NCBI GenBank assembly: GCA_037446135.1
Contig: JBBIJD010000015.1
Span: 1 to 23,207 of the forward strand
Direction of reading: 5' to 3'
Source of the DNA: Candidatus Fraserbacteria bacterium
Lineage (GTDB): Bacteria; Bipolaricaulota; Bipolaricaulia; RBG-16-55-9; JANLFV01
DNA: 23,207 bases
Part shown: one piece after another, positions 17,218 to 23,207 of the stretch
Layout of the letters: every line of letters begins with the position of its first letter
Numbering within the stretch: the first letter of the stretch is position 1
Position numbers and translations under genes: made by a program
The notes under the pieces: model-generated
What the model was told of the DNA's origin: nothing
Database searches by the model: none
The model's input: only the letters and a program-made list of their open reading frames with translations

Positions 17218-18777
17218 ATGAAGGTCCTCACCGGGACGCAGATGGCGGAGCTAGACCGTCTCGCCCAGGAGATGGGGCTCGATGTCCTAGTCCTGATGGA
17301 GAATGCCGGGAGGAGCGTGGCCCAGGCCCTGGCCGAAAGGGTCGAGCTCGAGGGTAAGCGGGTCGTGGTCCTCGCCGGGAAGGGGAACAACGGCGGGGAC
17401 GGCCTAGTGGCCGCACGGCACTTGCAGAACCGCGGGGCTGAAGTCCGGGCCTTCATCCTCGGCGAGCGGGGACGGCTCTCGCCCCAGGCCGCGAGGAACG
17501 CCATCGTCCTGGAGCGAGCCGGGGCCGAGGTGGCCTATCTCCCCGATGAGGCGAGCCTGGCCGGGCTAGAGCTAGAGGCCCACCTCGAGCGGGCTGAGGT
17601 GATCGTCGACGCCCTCTTGGGGCTTGGGATCCAAGGGCCAGTCCGGGGCTATTACGCAAAGGCGATCGAGCTGATCAACGCTGCGAAGGCCTTCGTTGTG
17701 GCCGTGGACCTCCCCTCGGGGCTCGAGGCCGATACCGGCCAGGTCAGCGGCCCATGCGTCCGGGCCGACCTGACGGTGACCATGGGGCTCCCCAAGCTCG
17801 GGCTCCTCCTCTATCCCGGGAGGGAGTTCGCCGGCGAGATCGCCGTCGGAGAGGTCGGCTACCCCCGTTCGCTCATCGAGGGGTTCGACTCGCGGCTCGA
17901 GCTGATCGACCGCGCTCTAGTCCAGCAGCTCCTCCCAAAGAGGCGGGCCTATAGCCACAAGGGCGACTACGGGAAGGTCTTCGTCCTCGCCGGCTCGCGG
18001 GGCTATACCGGCGCAGCGGCCTTAGCTGCGGAAGCCGCACTCCGGGCCGGGGCGGGGCTGGTGACCCTCGGCTTCCCGGCCAGCCTCGATCCGGTGATGG
18101 AGGCAAAGCTGACCGAGGTCATCAAGCATCCCCTCCCCGAGGCCGATGGCGCTTTAGCTTTCGCGGCCTTGGAGGAGATCGAAGAGAGCTTGAAGCTCCA
18201 GGGTCAGGATGTCTTAGCCCTGGGGCCGGGGCTCTCCCGCCGGCCCGAGACGGCCCGTTTGGTAAAAGAGCTGGTCCAGCGAGTAAGCCCGAGCCTACTC
18301 ATGGTCATCGATGCCGATGGGCTGAACAACCTCAGCGATGAGCCCCAGCTCCTCAAGGAGGCCAAGGCCCCGCTAGTCCTCACCCCTCATCCAGGCGAGC
18401 TCTCCCGCCTCTCCAAGCAGACCATTGCCGAGATCGAGGCCGATCGGGTCGGTTCGGCCCGTTCCTTCGCGGCGGAATACAATGTCGTCCTGGCATTAAA
18501 GGGCGTCCCCACGGTCGTGGCCCTCCCTGACGGGAGATGTTACCTCAACAGCACTGGGAATTCGGGGCTCGCCTCCGGCGGGAGCGGGGATGTCCTGACC
18601 GGGCTGATCGCCGGGCTGATGGGCCAGGGGCTCAAGCCCTGGGAGGCCGCGGTCTGCGGGGTCTACCTCCATGGGCTGGTCGCGGACCGCCTGCGGCCCG
18701 AGACGGGCGAGCGGGGGATGATCGCCGGGGACCTGGTAAGGAAGCTCCCCGAGGTCCTAAGGGAGTTCGAGCCCTAG
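17218..18777 (+). CDS. nnr: Bifunctional NAD(P)H-hydrate epimerase/dehydratase (YjeF N + C domains)
   Basis: LMENAG, GKGNNGGDG, VDLPSG, HKGDYG, GPGL, IDADGL, LTPHPGE, LKG, GGSGDVLTG, LHG. Start set at MKVLT (17218; alternative 17215). Confidence 0.96.
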   Translation: MKVLTGTQMAELDRLAQEMGLDVLVLMENAGRSVAQALAERVELEGKRVVVLAGKGNNGGDGLVAARHLQNRGAEVRAFILGERGRLSPQAARNAIVLERAGAEVAYLPDEASLAGLELEAHLERAEVIVDALLGLGIQGPVRGYYAKAIELINAAKAFVVAVDLPSGLEADTGQVSGPCVRADLTVTMGLPKLGLLLYPGREFAGEIAVGEVGYPRSLIEGFDSRLELIDRALVQQLLPKRRAYSHKGDYGKVFVLAGSRGYTGAAALAAEAALRAGAGLVTLGFPASLDPVMEAKLTEVIKHPLPEADGALAFAALEEIEESLKLQGQDVLALGPGLSRRPETARLVKELVQRVSPSLLMVIDADGLNNLSDEPQLLKEAKAPLVLTPHPGELSRLSKQTIAEIEADRVGSARSFAAEYNVVLALKGVPTVVALPDGRCYLNSTGNSGLASGGSGDVLTGLIAGLMGQGLKPWEAAVCGVYLHGLVADRLRPETGERGMIAGDLVRKLPEVLREFEP

Positions 18778-18805
18778 GCTAGGCTAAGCTGAGCTGGGCC
18801 GGCTA

Positions 18806-18834
18806 TTGCCCCTCCGCGGGCTCGCGGGTAAGAT
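18806..18834 (+). promoter_or_regulatory. Putative sigma70 promoter upstream of the small lipoprotein/DsbA genes
   Basis: TTGCCC (18806-18811), 17 nt spacer, TAAGAT (18829-18834). Confidence 0.45.
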
Positions 18835-18846
18835 GGAGGGCATGAC

Positions 18847-18999
18847 ATGAGAGGGCAACGATTAGCAATGGTTTTGATCCTCCTCTTATCGCTCGGGGTT
18901 CTCCTCCTCAGCGGCTGCGACCGCTGCGGTGAGGACTTTTGTCCGGTCCCTGAAACCGGCTCAGCTGGCCCGGTCTTGGCCTCGGTCCAGGAGAGCTGA
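18847..18999 (+). CDS. Small 50-aa lipoprotein with a CxxxxC motif (absent from the ORF track)
   Basis: MRGQRLAMVLILLLSLGVLLLSG-CDRCGEDFCPVPETGSAGPVLASVQES*. Basic n-region, hydrophobic h-region, LSGC lipobox, and GGAGG SD (18835-18839) 7 nt upstream. Fills the nnr-dsbA gap. Confidence 0.75.
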   Translation: MRGQRLAMVLILLLSLGVLLLSGCDRCGEDFCPVPETGSAGPVLASVQES

Positions 19000-19035
19000 T
19001 CCGAGATGGCCAGAACCAGAAGAGAAGGGGAAGCA

Positions 19036-19974
19036 ATGGGCCAGGGCCGCTGGCTCTGGCTCTTCCTTCTGCTTGTTGCGCTCCTCTCGGTCTTGGCCCT
19101 GCTGGGCCTCATAAGCGGCTGCGATCGGCTCTTTTTCTTCCTGATGAGGCCGCTGGTCGCCGAATTCTCAGCCTCCCCGACCTTTGGGGAGGCCCCCCTG
19201 GAGGTCCGGTTCCAGGACCTCTCCCAGTTCGACCCGGCCAGGCCGATCACCAGTTGGGAGTGGGCCTTCGGGGACGGGGCCAAGAGCACGGCCGCGAACC
19301 CCACTCATACCTACGAGGCCCCCGGGAGCTATACCGTCAGCCTCACTATCTTTGACGGGGCCGGGAGGAGGGCCACCGCGACCAAGCCGGACTATATCGT
19401 AGTCCAGGCCGAAGATGAGCCCGAGGAGCCCCCAGCACCGGCCCTCCCGCCCACCTTAGGGGCGCCCCAGGCGAAGGTGACGATCCTCGAGTTCAGCGAC
19501 TACCTCTGCCCATACTGCGCCAAGTTCGCTATCCTCACCCTCCCCCAGCTCGAGGCGGACTACATCGCTACTGGGAAGGCCAGGCTGGTCTTCCGGAGCT
19601 TCCCCGTCCACGGGGATCCCGCGGTCCTGGCCGCACTGGCTGCGCTCTGTGCCCACGAGCAGGGACGGTTCTGGGAGTATCACGACCGGCTCTTCTCGAT
19701 CTCCCTGAACGAGGGCGGGAAGGCCCTCGACGCGGGCGCGGGGCGGCTGAAAGCCCTGGCCGCGGAGTTGGGATTGGATGAGGCGAGGTTCGACCTCTGC
19801 CTCGCCTCTCAGAAGTATGCCCAGGCCATTCAAGCCGACCTCGCCGAGGGGGAGCGGCTGGGAGTCGCGGGGACCCCGACTTTCTTCATCAACGGGCGGG
19901 AGATCGTGGGGGCCCAGCCTTACGAGGCCTTCAAGCGGGTGATCGAGGAGGAGCTGGCCAAGGGAGGGCAATGA
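19036..19974 (+). CDS. Lipoprotein with a PKD domain fused to a DsbA/BdbD-family thiol-disulfide oxidoreductase
   Basis: Lipobox ISG-C; PKD 'FSASPT.GEAPLEVRFQD..WEWAFGDG..NPTHTYEAPGSYTVSLT'; Pro-rich linker; 'EFSDYLCPYC' active site and 'GTPTFFING' cis-Pro loop. ATG 19036 preferred to 19006 for signal peptide length and SD. Confidence 0.9.
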   Translation: MGQGRWLWLFLLLVALLSVLALLGLISGCDRLFFFLMRPLVAEFSASPTFGEAPLEVRFQDLSQFDPARPITSWEWAFGDGAKSTAANPTHTYEAPGSYTVSLTIFDGAGRRATATKPDYIVVQAEDEPEEPPAPALPPTLGAPQAKVTILEFSDYLCPYCAKFAILTLPQLEADYIATGKARLVFRSFPVHGDPAVLAALAALCAHEQGRFWEYHDRLFSISLNEGGKALDAGAGRLKALAAELGLDEARFDLCLASQKYAQAIQADLAEGERLGVAGTPTFFINGREIVGAQPYEAFKRVIEEELAKGGQ

Positions 19975-20762
19975 CCGAAGCCGAGCTGATCGACACCCAT
20001 GTCCACCTCGAGATGGAGCAGTTCGAGCCCGACCGGGAGGCGGTGATCGCCCGGGCCAAAGCGGCGGGGATCGGGCTCATCATCACCGTGGGGATCGACC
20101 TTTGCTCGAGCGCCCGTGCGGTCGAGCTGGCTAATGAGCACAAGATCTATGCCGCCGTGGGGATCCACCCCCATGAGGCCAAACGCTACAGCACCGACCT
20201 GGAGGGGGCCCTCAAGAGGCTGGAGGAGCTGGCCCGGGCCGAGCGGGTCGTGGCCCTGGGAGAGATGGGACTGGACTACTATCGGAACTTGAGCCCCCGC
20301 GCGGACCAATTGAGGCTCTTCCGGGCCCAGCTCGAGCTGGCGGCCAAGCTCGCTAAGCCGGTGATCGTCCACGACCGCCAGGCGGATGAGGCCATCTTGG
20401 CTGTCCTCGAGGGGGCCGGAGCCGGAGGAGCGCGCGTGCGCGGGGTGGTCCACAGCTTCTCCAGCTCACTGGAGGTGGCCGAGGCCCTCCTCGGGCTCGG
20501 GCTTTACCTGGGGTTCAGCGGGCCGGTGACCTTCCCCAGAGCCCGTCAGCGGTATGTCCTAAAGAGGGTCCCGCTCGAGAGGATCTTGCTCGAGACCGAT
20601 GCCCCGTTCCTCACACCCTTGCCTCACCGCGGGAAGCGGAATGAGCCGCTCTATGTCCGCTATATCGCCCGAGCGATCGCGGAACTGCGGGGGATCGCCG
20701 AAGAGGAGGTCGGACAGCAGACGACGGCGAACGCGAGGGAATTATTTAAGATAAAAGATTAA
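19971..20762 (+). CDS. tatD: TatD family DNase
   Basis: DTHVHL, GIHPH, GEMGLDY, IVHDR, VHSFS, ETDAPFL...RGKRNEP. Confidence 0.95.
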   Translation: MTEAELIDTHVHLEMEQFEPDREAVIARAKAAGIGLIITVGIDLCSSARAVELANEHKIYAAVGIHPHEAKRYSTDLEGALKRLEELARAERVVALGEMGLDYYRNLSPRADQLRLFRAQLELAAKLAKPVIVHDRQADEAILAVLEGAGAGGARVRGVVHSFSSSLEVAEALLGLGLYLGFSGPVTFPRARQRYVLKRVPLERILLETDAPFLTPLPHRGKRNEPLYVRYIARAIAELRGIAEEEVGQQTTANARELFKIKD

Positions 20763-20784
20763 AGATTGGAAGAAGGAAGATTGG
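20744..20784 (+). repeat. Left heptamer array / left arm of the inverted repeat flanking the four-helix-bundle gene
   Basis: TTAAGAT AAAAGAT TAAAGAT tGGAAGA aGGAAGAT; overlaps the tatD stop; AT-rich relative to the GC-rich surroundings. Confidence 0.8.
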
Positions 20785-21200
20785 ATGGTGCCTCCGAGGC
20801 GTTTTGAGGAGCTAGAAGTGTGGAAAGGAGCCTGTGCCTTGGCGGCGAAGGTCTATAAGCTGACGGAGAAGAATGAGAGGCTGAACCGAGATTTCGGACT
20901 TAAGGATCAGGTCCGGCGGGCTGCTGTGTCCATCGCTTCCAATATCGCCGAGGGATTTGAACGGGGATCGAAACGGGAGTTCATTCACTTCCTCTATACG
21001 ATACGGCTAAGGGCTCAGCGGGAGAGCTGCGGACCCAGCTCCACATTCTACGGGAGATCGGCTACATCTCACCGGCCGAATTCGAGGCCCCGTTCACGGA
21101 GGTGATGTCGATCGCCAAGCAATTAGGGGGCTTTATCGGTTATTTACAGGCAAGGAAGGAAGATATAGAAGGGGAGGAAGACATGAAGATTGGAGATTAA
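20785..21200 (+). pseudogene. Four-helix-bundle protein (23S rRNA intervening-sequence protein / Avd-like family), frameshifted by a 5-bp tandem duplication
   Basis: RFEELEVWK..A..VYKLT..DFGLKDQVRRAAVSIASNIAEGFERGSKREFIHFLY is the family signature. ATACG is duplicated (20996-21000, 21001-21005). Removing one copy gives TAKGSAGELRTQLHILREIGYISPAEFEAPFTEVMSIAKQLGGFIGYLQARKEDIEGEEDMKIGD* (136 aa, TAA 21198-21200). Confidence 0.88.
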
Positions 21201-21241
21201 GATCACTCCATTTCGAATTTTTAATCTTCCATCTTAAATCT
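21184..21241. repeat. Right heptamer array / right arm of the inverted repeat, with a local hairpin
   Basis: TGAAGAT TGGAGAT TAAGAT, then the complementary units TTAATCT TCCATCT TAAATCT. 21220-21239 is 18/20 complementary to 20744-20763. Confidence 0.8.
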
Positions 21242-21244
21242 GCT

Positions 21245-22114
21245 ATGTTATTAGGCTGCCATCTCTCGATCGCCAGTGGGCTGGAGGGGGTCTTCGCCCA
21301 GGCTGAGGCGCTGGGGATCAATGCCCTCCAGATCTTCTCCCACAATGCTCGGAGCTGGAAGATGGCCGAGCTTAAGCCGCACGAGGCCGAGCGGTTCCGC
21401 CAGCGGTGGCGTGAGAGTCGGGTCGAATACATCGTGATCCATACGATCTACCTCATCAACTTGGCCTCCCCGGAGGAGGAGCTCTACCGCCGGTCGATCG
21501 CCGCGGTCGCGGCAGAGCTCGAGCGGGCCGCAGCGCTGGGAATAGCCCAGGTGAATACCCACATCGGGGCTCACAAAGGGCTCGGGCCGGCGCGGGGGCT
21601 CGCCCGGGCCAGGGCGGCCTTGGAGGAGATCCTGGCCCGGACGAGCGATCTGGGAGTGAAGCTCCTCCTGGAGAACACCGCGGGGGAGGGGACGGTCCTC
21701 GGCTCGGACTTCCGGGAGCTCGGGGCCCTCCTGAAGGTGGCCGGGCCGGAGCGGCTGGGCCTCTGCCTCGACACCTGCCACGGCTTTGCCGCGGGGTATA
21801 ATCTTGCGACCGCTGAAGGGCTGGAGGCGACCCTCGAGGAGCTGGACCGGGCGGCCGGGCTGGAGCGACTGGCCTTAGTCCACCTCAACGATTCACAATA
21901 CAGGCGCGGCTCGCACAAGGACCGACACCAGCACATCGGGGAGGGGGAGATCGGCCTCGCTGGCTTCCGGAATATCGTCAATCACCCGGCCTTGCGCGAG
22001 CTCCCCTTCATCCTCGAGACACCGAAGCTGGCCTATGAGGATGAGCGGCTCGACTCGGATGCCGATGAGATAAACTTGGAGCGGGTCCGGAGGCTAAGAC
22101 GGACGGGACGATAG
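21245..22114 (+). CDS. nfo: Endonuclease IV (AP endonuclease)
   Basis: GCHLSI, QIF, HTIYLINLAS, LLENTAG, CLDTCHGFAAGY, HLNDS, DRHQHIGEG, ILETP. Confidence 0.95.
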   Translation: MLLGCHLSIASGLEGVFAQAEALGINALQIFSHNARSWKMAELKPHEAERFRQRWRESRVEYIVIHTIYLINLASPEEELYRRSIAAVAAELERAAALGIAQVNTHIGAHKGLGPARGLARARAALEEILARTSDLGVKLLLENTAGEGTVLGSDFRELGALLKVAGPERLGLCLDTCHGFAAGYNLATAEGLEATLEELDRAAGLERLALVHLNDSQYRRGSHKDRHQHIGEGEIGLAGFRNIVNHPALRELPFILETPKLAYEDERLDSDADEINLERVRRLRRTGR

Positions 22115-22130
22115 CTCAAAGGAGGTCTAG

Positions 22131-22805
22131 ATGAAGCTCTTCATCGACACAGCGAACCTGGAGGAGATCAAGGAGGCGGCCAGTTGGGGGCTCATCGATG
22201 GGGTGACGACCAACCCCTCCTTAGTGGCGAAGGACCTGAGCGGGCGGGGCTTCAAAGAGCTCCTCCTGGAGATCTGCAGGCTCATCCCCGCCGGACCGGT
22301 GAGCGCCGAGGTCACGAGCGAGACGGCCCCGGAGATGATCAAGGAGGCCCAGGCCCTGGCCGCGCTCCACGAGAACATCGTCGTCAAGATCCCCATGACC
22401 GTCGAGGGGCTCAAGGCCGTAGGCCGGCTCAGCTCAAGTGGGATCAAGACGAATGTCACGCTCGTCTTCTCCGCCACTCAGGCCCTCCTCGCGGCCAAGG
22501 CCGGGGCGAGCTATGTCTCCCCATTCGTCGGGCGGCTCGACGACCGGAGTGAGGACGGGATGGGGCTCGTCTCCCAGATCCTCCAGATCTATGCCAACTA
22601 CGGTTTCCCCACCGAGGTGATCGTCGCCTCGATCCGCCACCCCCGCCATGTCCTGGAGGCGGCCCTCCTGGGGGCCCCGATCGCCACCGTCCCCTTCACG
22701 GTGCTGCGAGCGCTTTTTACTCACCCCCTCACCGACCTTGGGCTGGCGGCCTTCCGGGCCGACTGGGAGAAGAGGGGGCAGCCCCGAGGGAGGGGCGGGG
22801 GCTAA
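22131..22805 (+). CDS. tal: Transaldolase (short TalC/FSA-family)
   Basis: [18 protein letters not shown] (Glu), VKIP (Schiff-base Lys), [18 protein letters not shown] (Phe). The Glu/Phe pair indicates transaldolase rather than fructose-6-phosphate aldolase. Confidence 0.92.
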   Translation: MKLFIDTANLEEIKEAASWGLIDGVTTNPSLVAKDLSGRGFKELLLEICRLIPAGPVSAEVTSETAPEMIKEAQALAALHENIVVKIPMTVEGLKAVGRLSSSGIKTNVTLVFSATQALLAAKAGASYVSPFVGRLDDRSEDGMGLVSQILQIYANYGFPTEVIVASIRHPRHVLEAALLGAPIATVPFTVLRALFTHPLTDLGLAAFRADWEKRGQPRGRGGG

Positions 22806-22896
22806 ACCCAAGGTAATGAGGGATACAAACAATGGGAGTGGCCCCAATGGGGGGCCGTCCCAATAGGGGGTTTCCGGGAAAATCCCCCGGCAAGGC

Positions 22897-22926
22897 TTGA
22901 CAGGCCGGGGGGAGCTATGGTATAGT
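22897..22926 (+). promoter_or_regulatory. Strong sigma70 promoter for the HTH gene
   Basis: TTGACA (22897-22902), 18 nt spacer including TG at 22918-22919, TATAGT (22921-22926); SD AAGGAGG at 22947-22953. Confidence 0.7.
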
Positions 22927-22961
22927 TTGGCCAACTTTACTGGGTCAAGGAGGAAGCGGGC

Positions 22962-23162
22962 TTGGAGAAAGAAGTGATGACGGCTGAAGAGCTAGCGGAG
23001 TATCTCTCCTTCAGCAAGAACTGGGTCTACCGGAAGGCCGAGGCGGGCGAGCTCCCCGGGGTGAAGCTGGGGAATCGCTGGCGGTTCAAGAAGTCCGTGA
23101 TCGACAAGTGGCTGGAGAAGCGGATCGCCGCGGAGGAACGCGCGGAGGCTCGCGAGCTGTGA
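22962..23162 (+). CDS. Small excisionase/MerR-like (HTH_17, BldC-like) DNA-binding protein
   Basis: EVMTAEELAEYL...WVYRKAEAGELPGVKLGNRWRFKKSVIDKWL; TTG start with a strong SD. Confidence 0.88.
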   Translation: MEKEVMTAEELAEYLSFSKNWVYRKAEAGELPGVKLGNRWRFKKSVIDKWLEKRIAAEERAEAREL

Positions 23163-23207
23163 GAGCGAGCAAGAGCCCCCAAGCCCGGCCCGGCAGCGGC
23201 AGAGGGG

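Noticed and set aside
18774..18798. Degenerate 5-mer run CTAGG CTAGG CTAAG CTGAG CTGGG after nnr
   Set aside because: Short and degenerate; no function can be supported.
6540..18999. UGA reassignment or selenocysteine, suggested by in-frame TGA junctions (ior genes, dnaG/rpoD, small lipoprotein/dsbA)
   Set aside because: TGA falls at natural protein ends and never inside conserved catalytic motifs; the positions are not Cys-equivalent and no SECIS-like hairpin was evident. Readthrough into dsbA would give two signal peptides.
20744..21241. Diversity-generating retroelement, CRISPR array or 23S rRNA intervening sequence
   Set aside because: No reverse transcriptase or TR/VR pair, no repeat-spacer structure, and no rRNA sequence around the gene.
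1073..22934. Many overlapping 60-220 aa alternative-frame and antisense ORFs
   Set aside because: Arg/Pro/Ser/Gly-rich with no motifs, and overlapping well-supported genes; expected in high-GC DNA.
22962..23207. Prophage or integrative element boundary implied by the excisionase-like gene
   Set aside because: No integrase, att/tRNA site or compositional shift in the window; such HTH genes are commonly chromosomal regulators. Cannot be excluded beyond the window edge.

Overview
High-GC bacterial chromosomal window of mostly housekeeping and metabolic genes. Gene style is reminiscent of Bipolaricaulota/Acetothermia, but that is only an impression. Order: a truncated secreted TPR/TatT-like gene (-); convergent hopanoid-associated genes hpnO (+) and hpnA (-); an MFS transporter (-); a three-gene indolepyruvate-type oxidoreductase operon in which a GltD/NfnB-like NAD(P)H flavoprotein sits between iorA and iorB and carries the ferredoxin domain IorA lacks; pdxS-pdxT-comF-MBL hydrolase-dnaG-rpoD-miaA; a PKD + 7xFG-GAP lipoprotein (-); nnr; a 50-aa Cys-rich lipoprotein absent from the ORF track; a PKD-DsbA lipoprotein; tatD; a frameshifted four-helix-bundle (23S-IVP/Avd-like) gene; nfo; transaldolase; and a small excisionase/BldC-like HTH gene. 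The best leads are: (i) an AT-rich heptamer (nnAAGAT/ATCTTnn) inverted-repeat element seen once around the four-helix-bundle gene and once without a gene between rpoD and miaA; (ii) the small CxxxxC lipoprotein next to DsbA; (iii) the rearranged IOR-flavoprotein operon. No rRNA, tRNA, CRISPR array, transposase or integrase was seen. All family calls come from motif recognition; no searches were run.
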